Assembly: GCA_951406725.2 (NCBI GenBank)
Contig: OX597823.1
Span: 40,858,001 to 40,922,000, forward strand
Source: Octopus vulgaris
Taxonomy: Eukaryota
Direction: 5' to 3'
Length of the DNA stretch: 64,000 bases
Part shown: positions 15,556 through 27,649 of the stretch, in pieces
Numbering within the stretch: the first letter of the stretch is position 1
Layout of the letters: each line of letters begins with the position of its first letter
Program-made: the position numbers and the translations under genes
The notes under the pieces: model-generated
What the model was told of the DNA's origin: nothing
The model's input: only the letters and a program-made list of their open reading frames with translations
The model's database searches: none

Positions 15556-17581
15556 CATATACATACACACTTACAAGTGGTTTTCAGTCAGTTTCGATGA
15601 TGCGGGCTGTTGTCCGATAAACTGAATTACCCTATTCCACTCACGAAGCATGCGTCGCCCCAAGTCTATGGAAAATGGCATTCGTCCATGATGGCACAAT
15701 CGAAATAAAATTTAGTTTCCAATCATTATGGAGAAGTAAATATAATAGATATCTCTACCAGTATGTTCAGTATCAAACTAGATATAAACTATAGATATAG
15801 AGTTATAGAAATATAGGTAACTAGACAATTTGATTGATTGATCTAATGAGATCGATTGCCAAATTGATCATTGTCTTCTTATTTGTTTCTTGTGCTTAAA
15901 TTTATTCCATAACAAAGCACCAAGTTAGTAATAAAACCAAAAGTCTTCGATTTAATACAAAACTCTTTAGCAAGTTATTCATCCATGCTGGAATTTGATG
16001 CAATTGTACAGATCTTCGGACATGTGTGAAGGGCTAAAAGTCATTGAGTGAAATTTGTCAACTATCAACAGTAAAACCGAATACATTTATTCAACAAATT
16101 AGAGATTAACTAGTCAGTATTGAGGTAGTTCCTCTGAGGTTTCTCGAAATGATCTTAAATGGATGGTTTTCTTTCGATGCATATATAATTTCCTCTCTAG
16201 AGAAGACCAATCGACTAAACGCAATTGTTGTTTGTATTCAGTAACATTCTTTCTATGGTAGCTTGGACTGACATTTCCTCAATGAGGTCAGAGAGAAGAT
16301 GTATGAAGCAGATTATGGTGTTGTCATGCAGCTAGAAGGCTGGTCTGTCAAAGCAGGAGAAGCTGAACAGGTTGATGACAGTTCAAAATCGTAAACTTTG
16401 AAATATATAACCAGAGTGAAGTACAGCTATGTAAGTTATATTCGGCAGCACATAATTTGAACAGGCAAAATTTGTAGACAAACTATATAGATTTGTGTAG
16501 TTTATGGAAAATTAAATATGGGAAGTGTTTGATAAGATGGGCGAATAGAGGATTGCTTCGCAAAGCATGAATATAGTGAATTAACCACGGAATTAGATTC
16601 AACAAAATTAAATACTGCAGATCAAGGAAAGTGGAAAATGGCTATGTCTGATTGGTTCGAAGAAGAAATTATTTGGGAACAAGATAAACTAGTTAGGGGC
16701 GCGTAACTATCCATTAATGCACAACGTAAAAGTTATTGGTGCTTATGTAGTGAGTTTACTGATGTGTAAGAGACATTTGTTTGAATTTTGTGAAATATAA
16801 ATTAGGAATATAATATCAGAAAATCCGGTGCACGCAACTGAAGCTTTATTAAATAAATAATATGAGTAATCCGTGTATCGTACATTGTATATATACCAAT
16901 GATAAGCAAGCTGTTACAGTTTATGTCGGAGATAAAATTTCTTAGAAACATGCTGTGCTAAAAAAACATAACATAGATCGGAAAGAGACGAAAAGTTATC
17001 CCTGCTGCGGTTAACAAGAAGGTCAAATGCATCATAGCCTTTTCTAGGATACGTTTACTCGCTAGCAACATGTTTAGACAAGATGTGTCGTCTCCAGTTT
17101 AGAAAACAGATAATAATGCATTCACGTCTTCGACAAGGTCCAAGGTTAGTGAAATGCATTTAACTTTCCCACTAGTCGCTGTCGAGAGAACATTTGTCTC
17201 CTTCCAATATAGATTTTAGTTTTTAACATAACATATGTATAAGAGATTTTCTCTTAGACGAAAACTGCAGTGTCTTCTCTGTCAGTGCTGCATGTATTAG
17301 AAAGGTGGCTATTAAAATGACAGATTTAAAAATAAAGATGTAGAAAGTAAAAGTGAAAAACTAACAACGAGAGATAGAAGGAATGATGAAATGAGGTAGA
17401 AGGTCTGGAGAAATGAGATAAGAACAAAATAGTTAGCGATCTCGGACTGAAAGTGAAAGAAAATATCTAGAAACAGAGAGAAAGGAACAAAACGATAAAT
17501 GAAAGATATTGATAAATGCCGACAACCAGTCAAACAATAAGAAAGAGCAGAAAAGTGGTCGGCGAAAATATAAAGACACAA

Positions 17582-17650
<69 letters not shown>

Positions 17651-18345
17651 AGGTAGAAACATATATAATAGTGAATTATTTTATTAATTATCTAATTCAT
17701 TTGAATGTCATGCCTTCATTAAAATAAGGATGTAGAGGTTGCATAAAGAACTTGCTATAAGCAAGTTTTTATGAAAATCTAGCTGAGGGCTTGTGTTTAC
17801 CACGAACTCGCTGTTAAGGTCAAACTTTTGTCAGAATGTTGCTATGGGCGGTCTTTTATCATGTTGCTACTAAGTTCAGGTCATTGGCGAACGCTAGCAG
17901 ATCGCTTGCGGTAAAATTAATGGAAAACAAGCTGAGATTCAATGTTTGCTGTGGTTATGTATTCCTTTCTCTATTATATTTTAAAGACTTATAATAAATG
18001 AGATAATTGGGAAAATGTGAATGATGCTTTTGGGAATGGAGGGTGAAACAAGTGCAAATGTGTTCTTTCACATATGGAGATACACGAACGTGTATCAAGT
18101 GTATGTCTTAAGAGTGCATGTTTTCATGCAAACGTAGATATATTTACGCGTTCTTTTATATTAGACTGGATGTTACACACACGCACATACACACGAACAC
18201 ATATATATGTATATATGTGTGTATTTATGAATGAGTATAAAAATGGGTGATTACATATAGTATATGTTATATATATATATATATGTATATATGTATATAT
18301 ATATATATATGTGTATATATATATATGTATATATATGTATATATT

Positions 18346-18381
<36 letters not shown>

Positions 18382-18425
18382 CATATGTATATATAAACAT
18401 CTATATATATATATGTATATGTATA

Positions 18426-18457
<32 letters not shown>

Positions 18458-18470
18458 AAAATACATATAT

Positions 18471-18518
<48 letters not shown>

Positions 18519-18549
18519 TTATATATATATATTTATATTTATATACATT

Positions 18550-18599
<50 letters not shown>

Positions 18600-18604
18600 T
18601 ATAT

Positions 18605-18850
18605 ACGGCAATGTCAAATGGCCTTCACGTTCCTCAGACTTGATTAGTTCGGATTTTTCCTTGTCGGAATACCTGAAAGAGAGGATTTACGTCAACAAAC
18701 CGGAGACCCTGGTACAACCGAAGGAGAACATCAATAGAGAAACCAGAGAAGTGGGGTCTGAAACTCTTCATGATGTTATGGTGCAATTTTTGGAAAGAGC
18801 ACTGTGTTTGCGAAGCCGAAAATGGCTGCTATTTAAGCTATGACACTTTT
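18605..18850 (+). mobile_element. Tc1/mariner-superfamily transposase C-terminal remnant
   Basis: [31 protein letters not shown] is a degenerate form of the WPPRSPDL..CDF.LWGYLK..VY...P.TL motif. Confidence 0.8.
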
Positions 18851-18895
18851 CATATGTTAGGTAGTGGTGTTGCAAAATTTGACTTATGAATATTA

Positions 18896-19779
18896 CGAGT
18901 TCTGACGAATAAGTATCTGGACTGTTGCCATAGTAACGAAGCCAAAGCACACAGAGTAAAGATGCTTGGCACAGATTGACCTCGACATCTGTTGTGCATG
19001 CGCACTAAGTTTTAACGTTGTAGTTTACTTCCGCTTTTTACAGCAGTGATTCGAAGTAACGTGTGTAATGTGATCGTCGCATTGACCATGACAGAGAAAG
19101 TTATCATGGCGATACCTTCTCAGAGGACTACGCAAAGTTGTAGAACGTATATGGAGAGGAGTGTATGAGCCGCACACAAGTGTACGAGTCGTTCAAACGT
19201 TTTCAAGCTGGCCGAAAAAATGTTGATAGTGACGAATGGTCTGGGTGACCTGCAACCATAAAAACTGAGAAAAACATCGCAGATGTGCGTGCAGCTGTGA
19301 GGGGAAATCATCGAATCACCATCTGTGAGTTATCAGATGTACAGATTAGTTACAGTGCAGTTCAATCCATTATCACTGAAGATTTGGATATGAGATGCAT
19401 GTCTGCCAAGTTTGTGCCTAAACTGCTTTCAGCTGACCAAAAAACACTCGGGTTTCTGTTGCACAAAATCTCTTTGACAGTGTCGAGAACGATGAGAACT
19501 TTTTGAAAACTATGCGTATGTCTCTGAGCAGTTATCGCTTTTGGCTAAATCTGATGCAGATTTTCTGTTCGACCCTCTCGGTCATGGTCAATGCGACGAA
19601 CACACGCTACATACGTTAATTCCATGCACTGCTGTACACAAGAGAAGTGTGCTAGAACGTTAAAACTTAGGGAAGCTGAACAACAGAGTTCAAGTTCAAT
19701 CTGTGCCAAGCGGCTCTACTCTGCGTGCTTTAGCTTCGTTACTATGGCAACAGTCAGGATACATATTGTTCAGATCACG
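18896..19779 (+). mobile_element. Internally deleted mariner with long (~135 bp) imperfect TIRs and TA target duplication
   Basis: 18896-19030 is the reverse complement of 19643-19779, with TA on both sides. The interior encodes a degraded transposase N-terminus: VYGEECMSRTQVYESFKRF...RITICEL...ISYSAVQSIITEDLDMRCMSAKFVPKLL. The DDD domain is absent. Confidence 0.9.
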
Positions 19780-19810
19780 TATAAGATAAAGAGGTAGAGT
19801 ATATATGTCC

Positions 19811-19844
<34 letters not shown>

Positions 19845-21317
19845 CATCCATCCATCCATCTATCGATCCATTTATCAATCTACACATACGCACGCACACA
19901 CACATACATACACACGCACACACACATGCATACACACGCACACACAGCACTATTCAGTCTATCATATCAACACATCACTTCTTGTATCACGTAATAACGT
20001 TTCATTCTCGTCCTGTTTTCTCATTCCAAATTATTGATTTGTTTGTTGTCATGTATGTTCTTATTTTACTTGGTCAGAAAATAATTAAAGTAATAACCTA
20101 ACTTCTGGATTGCTTCAGTATATTCTAATCCTCTATCTCTCCGATGTATTACTGTTTTTTACTAATGTCGTGTGGTTTATCTCGCAGTTATCCGGCACTT
20201 TGATATCCACAGCTGTTGCTATTACTCAGAATTGTTACCCGCTGGATATAGGAATTCTAATTGTTAAACCTCATTGTTATTGAGTAAACTAATATAGGTT
20301 CTCTGCTATAGGTGCCCTTTTAACGGTTCGAATGTAAAATAATTACAATTATGTATGTTTGTATATAGCTGTACATATTTACATATATATATATAAGTAT
20401 ATATGTATATTAATATATACATATATATACATATATATATATATATGTGTGACAGTGTAAGTAGATACATACATATACGTACCTATGTGTGTATGTATAT
20501 ATATATATACGTACATATATACACACATACATATATATGTATGTGTATATATATATATATTATCTTATTTATATATATATATTATATGTATATATATGTG
20601 TATATATGTATGCTTACATATGTGAGTGTATTATATATATGTGTGTATATACATGTTATAGATATATATTGTGTGTTTATATATACATGTGTATATATAT
20701 GTATATATATATATATATTATGTGTGTTTATATATACATGTATATATATATCATGTATATAAATTGTGCGTGTATATATATATATATGTATATATGTATG
20801 TTATATATGTATAAATATATGTGTGTGTGTATGCCTCTGTGTGTGTATATATGTTAGTATATTTGTATGTATGTATGCATATGTGTGCGTATTACATTTA
20901 TGAGTAGCAAAAGTCTAAACCTTCAACTGTATTTGAGGTAATTACATCTTGCTCTTTTTCTAACAAATTGTGTTATTAATTAAATAGATATTTGATGTAA
21001 CCAGTTGCTTATAGCACGTGTTATCGACGCTGCTACCTAAACCCTTTTTGACTGAGTGTTGTTTTTGACGTTGTCGTGAAGTCGGTGGAAATATATAAGA
21101 ATGTTTTTAATTCACTTTCACTGAAATCAACATGGAATTGTTGGTTAGATTCACCGGCATCTTTAGATCTTGGAGAAGATTAAGAAGAGTTCTAATAGTT
21201 ATTCAATGCGGTAAAAATATATTTCAGAAATGAAGTTCTGACTGACAGAGAGAGAGAGTAGTAAGAGAAATTATGCTTAGTGTTGTGCGTATATTCGAAT
21301 GACAGAGAAAAAAGTGA

Positions 21318-21560
21318 AGTGGCCCAGCGGTCAGAGTTTCCACCCGCGACCGTCAGGTCGTGGGTTCGGTATCTGGATGTAGTGGTGCATTTTGTTCATG
21401 AGAATGGCACTTCATTTCACGTTGCTTCCGTTACTTCTATTGAAAAGTAGTTCCAACCTAGTGCTAGTGTACCTTCTCTCCCACCAACTGTCACATTCTG
21501 GATATTCCGCTGAGCAAAGAGGTCAGGAGATTGTTTATGTCAGTTCGAGTCTTCATTGGC
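21318..21560 (+). mobile_element. Old tRNA-derived SINE (family D)
   Basis: gtggcccagcggtcagag...gggttcg head. Shares ctgtcaca..ctggat...tcaggag with 43838-44110. Confidence 0.6.
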
Positions 21561-21734
21561 ACAAATAGTGAAAACAGTACAAACTATCATGCAATAATCA
21601 CTTACATAATTGTATCTGCAGTTTCAATTGCCATCATTAATTGCTCTCTGTTTTCTGTTTCTGGTCTGTAGTTTTGCTTACAAAATATTCAAAAGTGTTT
21701 TCAAAATATTTTGAGGCATCCGTTGCTGTTACAC

Positions 21735-22110
21735 TAGTGTTTCGGAGAAGGTAGGCTTTTAACTGTGGTGCAAAGAAAACAGAGCTGCAAGTATTCAAAC
21801 ACGAAATGCCTGTGTCAGTGAAAGTGAGTGACGATAAGTCGCTAAAGGTAGTTGGAATTTTCAAATACCTTGGTGCATGGACACAAAGTAGTGAAAAAGA
21901 CATCGTAGCAAGGAAAGCTCTTGCCTGGAGTGCATGCCATAACTTGAGAAAGGTATGGAGTTCAAAGTTAGCAAGAAAATTGAAAGTGAGGTTATTTCTG
22001 GGCACAGTGAAGTCTGTTCTTCTATACAGGGCTGAAACATGGGCGCTCACTAAAGCATTGACGAAGCAGTTGGACGGTTGTTATACGAGGGTGCTTAAAA
22101 TGGCTATGTC
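21735..22110 (+). mobile_element. RTE-group LINE fragment (C-terminal part of RT)
   Basis: FKYLG...DIVARKALAWSACHNLRKVW...KVRLF...VLLYRAETW...LDGCYTRVL, the post-RT signature of RTE/RTE-X ORFs. Confidence 0.85.
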
Positions 22111-22600
22111 GATTACATCGACCCTAATCCTCAATTAGTACTTATTTTATCGATCTCTAAGTGATAAAAGATAAAGTCGACTTGGGCCGAAATTAAATTT
22201 ATAACGTAAAGACGGACGAAATGCTAGTCAATTAAATCGAACCCAGTACTCAACTGGTATTTATTTTAATGACCCCTAAATAATAAAAGGTAAAGTCAAC
22301 TTCGACGGAAATTGAACTTAAGACGCAAAGACGGACAAAATGCCGCTAAACGATTCTGCCAGCTCACCACCTTAGTTATAATAATAATCCTTTCTACTAT
22401 AGGCGCAAGGCCTGAAATTTGTAGGTAGGGGTAAAGTCGATCCCATCAATCCCAGTCCTCAACTGGTACTTATTTTATCGACACCTAAACAATAACAGGT
22501 AAAATCGACTTCGGCGGAAATTGAACTTAAAACGCAAAGAAAGTTGAAATGACGCTAAGCATTTTGCCAGTAGTGCTAACGATTCTGCCAGCTCGCCGCC

Positions 22601-22602
<2 letters not shown>
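22108..22602 (-). mobile_element. Three tandem SINE family B units (two partial, one full)
   Basis: tacttattttatcga...aagtcgacttcggcggaaattgaact is repeated near 22140, 22260 and 22470. Confidence 0.85.
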
Positions 22603-22672
<70 letters not shown>

Positions 22673-22673
22673 T

Positions 22674-22722
<49 letters not shown>

Positions 22723-22762
22723 AATAACAACAATAATAATAATAATAATAATAATAATAATC

Positions 22763-22825
<63 letters not shown>

Positions 22826-22826
22826 C

Positions 22827-23481
22827 CAGTGGGGAGTTGTGCTCCCCCAAACCGAAGAAGAGGCAGTGCAGTTCCAAACCAGGCGGGAAAGTTATGACCA
22901 CTAAACCCATTCCGATCGACCCCAAAAGCCGACATAAGTCTGTTGGCTATGAAACCACCCTTTCGAAATCATCCAACGAAGAATCGAATGCCGCAGCTCA
23001 TAGTAGAGAACAGAAAGACCATTTTGCCCACTCAAGATCAGCAATCATTTATGGTAAAGCTGAATCCACCTGTGATACAGGCATAAACCGCCTAAAAGAA
23101 AACATAAATTTTGTTTCCGTTTTAGTTGGAGAATTGTTCTCTGTCAACGAAAATGTCAGTATCCATAAGGTCGCTCGGCTAGGAAGATTGCAAGCGAACT
23201 CAACCTCAGACACTAGACCACGCCCAATAAGAGTAATCTTTTCTTACGATCAGGAGGCTTCAACGTTTCTAAACAGAGCTCAGATTCATGCCTGGGAGGA
23301 CCCCAATATGGGTTTTCGCGAGGAATACTCACTGAGAGAGAGAATTCGCCGGAGAAACCTAATATCCGAACTGAAGATGAGAAAACAGATGAGAGAGAAG
23401 GGTTTACGCATCCAAGATGGACAAATAATCAAGTCCTACCTCTGGTCGCATGCTGTAGTGCTGACAGGGAAAATGAATTGA
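22827..23481 (+). CDS. LINE ORF1 (RRM/CTD-type nucleic-acid-binding region), probably 5'-truncated
   Basis: Motifs IIYG..E, RLG, RPRPIRVIF and ERIRRRNLISELK..R...GLRIQDGQI are typical of CR1/L2 ORF1 C-termini. The poly-N/D N-terminus in the ORF track is flanking microsatellite. Confidence 0.8.
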
Positions 23482-26340
23482 GGGCGAATCGAAGTAAAGT
23501 AGATACCCCCGTCAACGATGCTATCTCTGATACCCCTTATTCTGCTTGTTCCCCAACTCCCGCCTCTCAAACTTCACAGCTCAACATCGTCTATACGAAC
23601 TCGTGCTCCTTATTTCCAAAGTTCAGCGAACTATTTACACTGGCCATGCGTGATTCCCCTGATGTGATAGCTATCACCGAGACTTGGCTGACTCCAGCAG
23701 TAAAGGACTCAGAAATCCACCTACAGGGCTACGCCCTCTTCAGATGTGACAGAGAAAAACGGCGAGGTGGAGGTGTTGCTGTGTATGTTAAATCTGATCT
23801 CAAACCGTCCATCGGTATTCTACCCACTAATGCTCAACCTACAACAAAATTCTATGCCGCCTATTGCAAGCTGAGCCTATCCGGGTTTTGCCTGCCCGTG
23901 TTAGCTGTCTACAGGCCGCCTCATGCCGACCCCCAGGACGATGCTCATTTACTCGAAGCGATAAGATTCGTTTCGGCTTCTCATGACTGTTTGATATTAG
24001 GAGACTTCAACGCTCGATTGGCCCGCATCAATTTGTACATCATCTTCCCGGTTCGGCCAGGCCCTTCTTGACGTGGCTGAAGATTGTTTTCTATCGCAAC
24101 TTGTTGAATATCCGACAAGGCATCGGTCTGGCCAGCAGCCATCTATGCTGGATCTGGTATTCTCCCGCTATCCAAGATCAGTGTCAGACGTATCTGTGTG
24201 CGCCCCTCTTGCCAAGAGTGATCATGCGGTCCTGAAGTTCGTCATGCACACAACTTTTTCTACGCCCACGACTACTTCGCTGCCACGTAGAGTCTTCTCT
24301 GCAATTAATCTTGAAATTCTAACCAAGGCTTCCGCGCTTCTGGACTGGCGATCCCTGATGACGTTGTCCTCAGTTGACGAACTATGGTCATCCCTCAAAG
24401 CATATGTAATCTGGTTGACTGACCAGGCAGTTCCCGTTGGGCTTCCCAAGAAGAAGAAACACAAGCCCTGGGTGACGAAGAAGGTTAAACGAGAACTTCA
24501 ACCCAGAGATATTGCTTGGGCTGAATTCAAAAATCTGGATTCGACTGCAGCTTTTGAGGTGTACAAAACTCAACGAGACCGAGCCGTGAAAATTGAAAAG
24601 GAAGAACGCTTCAGATATGAATAAAAAATCGCGGCAAACGCCAGTAGCAATCCAAAAAACTTCTTTGCCCATGTCCAACGGAATTCCCGCTTGAACAACC
24701 AAATTGCAACGTTGGTAGACTCAACAGGCGTATCGATTGAGGACCCTTATCAACAGAGTCAATTATTTGCCGAGGCTTTTTCAACTATTTTCAAACAAGA
24801 TGATGGTCGTGAACCCTCTCCATTTGATAGATCGGTACCTCCTATACTTCGATTGGTCATCACGCGGGACGAAGTCGAACGCGTTATTCAAGGCCTCGAT
24901 GTCAACAAGGGTCACGGCCCTGACGGCATACACCCACGGGTTATCAAAGCGTTGGCTCCGGTCATCTGCGAGCCATTAACACGTCTATTCAATATGTCAT
25001 TGGCGACGGGTGTTATACCTGCGGACTGGAGAACAGCGATAATCTGCCCAATTTTCAAGAAAGGGAGCCTCGAAGACCCGCTTAACTACCGACCGGTTTC
25101 CCTTACATCAATAATCAGCAAGATGTTCGAAACCATCCTTAAGAAAAGTATGATGCTTCACCTCCAAAACACAGCCTCTATCTCGGATTCCCAACAGGGC
25201 TTCGTGCCGAAGAGATCATGCTTGACCAACTTACTGGTAATGGAAGAATTGGTGACGCGCATCCTCGATGATAATGATGCTGTTGACATCGTTTTATTGA
25301 ACTTTGCCAAAGCTTTTGACTCGGTAAACCACCGCCTATTACTTGCCAAGCTTCAAACATATAGTTTCCATCCGGATATTGTACGATGGGTTGGTGCCTT
25401 CCAAGTCCAAGTTAATGGTTCGCGGTCCGACGTCTCCAGTGCGAGCAGTGGCGTGCCTCAAGGTTCAGTGCTTGGGCCCTTATTGTTCTTAGTCTTCATA
25501 AATGACTTGCCCGACGACCTCACGCAACACACCCTTCTATTTGCCGACGATGTCAAACTGGTCGCTCCTCGCGGTAATATAGAGGATCTTCGTCGATGCC
25601 TTCACCAAATTTGGAGATGGTCTAACGAATGGGACCTGTGTCTAAACGTGTCAAAGTACTGTCATCTGCCTGTTGGCTCTCCTCCTGCAACTCAACTTGA
25701 TTTCGAGCCGGGTCGTCTGCTGCTGAAGAGGACCGATCTTGTAAAGGACCTGGGTATCTTGGTGGATTCCTCCTTTTCGCCTTCGGCCCAGTGCGTCCAT
25801 GCTGCCAACGAAGCACGCGGAATTCTGTTCTTGATTCGACGGTCATTCGGAATGCTCACAGCAGCCATATTCCTACCGCTCTATGTCACGCTGGTGAGAC
25901 CCATATTGGAGTACGGGATTCAAGCCTCTTCTCCTTATCTCCTCAAAGACATACTGCATCTCGAAAGAGTCCAGAAGCTGGCTACCCGCATGGTTCTTGG
26001 TCTCAAGAATTTATCTTATGAAGATAGGCTGAAGACGCTCGACCTTTATTCTCTAGAAAAACGACGACGCCGTGGAGATCTCATTCTTGGTCACAACATC
26101 ATAAGCGGAAAGTGTAACCTCTCGAAAGAGCTGTTATTTACTCCTGCTCCAGAGCGTCGGCTGCAGGGTCATTCCGAAAAGCTCTATCTGCGACTATTTC
26201 ATCTCAATCGAAGGAGAGGGGCTTTCTCCGTCCGGGTTGCGGATCCGTAGAATAAGCTGCCAGACAAGATGGTGAAGATGCCGACGACCGCTCGGTTCAA
26301 AGTCTTCCTTGACCTCAAGTGGCCTGAACTCTTTACATGA
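23478..26340 (+). pseudogene. LINE ORF2 (APE endonuclease plus reverse transcriptase) with disabling lesions
   Basis: APE motifs: YTNSCSL, DVIAITETWL, RCDR..RRGGGVAVYVK, VYRPP, LILGDFN, LDLVFS, SDH. RT motifs: GPDGIHP, YRPVSLTS, QQGF, FAKAFDSV, SGVPQGSVLGPLLF, LFADDVKL, DLGI. Lesions: frameshift near 24020-24070, stop at 24622-24624, a short in-frame deletion near 25400 and TAG at 26248-26250. Confidence 0.93.
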
Positions 26341-26414
26341 ACACCACCCTGTACATAACTCCATGTCCCCCTACATGGCTTTGCTTTTTGCTTTTTGAGC
26401 TAAAAAATTAACTA

Positions 26415-26770
26415 ACAACAACAACAACAATAATGATAATAATAATAATAACAACAACAACAATAATGATAATAATAATAACAACAACAACAATAATGAT
26501 AATGATAATAACAACAACAACAATAATGATAATGATAATAATAACAACAACAATAATGATAATGATAATAATAATAACAACAACAATAATGATAATAATA
26601 ATAACAACAACAACAATAATGATAATGATAATAATAACAACAACAACAATAATGATAACGATAATGATAATAATAATAACAACAACAATAATGATAATGA
26701 TAATAATAATAACAACAGCAATAATGACAATGATAAAAATAATAATAACAAGGATAATGATAATAATAAT
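26415..26770. repeat. AAC/AAT/GAT compound array with ~30-33-bp higher-order period
   Basis: Unit (AAC)3-4 AATAATGATAAT(GAT/AAT)n recurs about ten times. Confidence 0.9.
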
Positions 26771-27394
26771 ACGAAGAAAAAAATCAGTCAGTTTTGCTCA
26801 GTCAACGTACAACATCATTATCTCTCTTCGTTCAGGAATAATGGTCATGTCGTTCTTTTCGTTTGGTTGCTTATTTCTCTTCTGCCTTTGTTGATTTATA
26901 CACACAGTCACACACACTCACACTCTCTCCCTCTATTATGTCTCTCTTTCATCCTTTACATCTCTCCGTTTCTTACTGGCTTTTATTTATTTGTTGATTT
27001 GTTTGATTTATGTTCCTCTGTTCAGCCATTTCTCAAACACTCTACTGTGATCGTCTTACAATCGCTGATAACCTAACTTAAGTGTCATTTATTTTACTTT
27101 GCTTTAAATATATTTCATTTTTATTTTAAGTTACTTTAGAATTAGTTGTTATTTGGTCGACGACGTAGCGAAATGAATGTGTCTCTAATCTCCATCCTGT
27201 GTTTATACAGACAAATTTATGTGTGTGTGTGTGCGTGTGCGCGTGTATGCGCGTGTATGTTCGTGTGTGTATTTGCACGTATTTATGAGTGCATGAGTTT
27301 ATTTCCATAAAATACACATAAATATTTATGTAAGCACCTATGTATGTCTACATGTATACAGGCACACATATATGCATGTATATATATATATATC

Positions 27395-27437
<43 letters not shown>

Positions 27438-27574
27438 TCGTATGTATGTATGCATGCATGTATATATATATATATATATATATACATACATATACATATA
27501 TATGTATTATGTAAGTATATATATAATACATATGTATGTATATATATGCATACATTTTTATATTATATATATAT

Positions 27575-27649
<75 letters not shown>

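Larger units (their letters stand above)
22827..26415 (+). mobile_element. Near full-length CR1/L2-group (CR1-Zenon-like) non-LTR retrotransposon, inactivated
   Basis: ORF1, APE endonuclease and RT occur in order. The element is more GC-rich than its flanks. A short 3' UTR ends in TAACTAAC and runs into an AAC/AAT array. Trinucleotide arrays flank both sides. Confidence 0.93.

Noticed and set aside
22108-22602. CRISPR-like repeat array
   Set aside because: These are diverged SINE units in eukaryotic context, with no identical repeats, unique spacers or cas genes.
22549-22826. Poly-N/poly-D N-terminal extension of LINE ORF1
   Set aside because: It is a SINE head plus flanking microsatellite that happens to be in frame.
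23466-23473. GGGAAAA as a -1 frameshift site between LINE ORF1 and ORF2
   Set aside because: The heptamer is not in X XXY YYZ register with the ORF1 frame (codons ACA GGG AAA).
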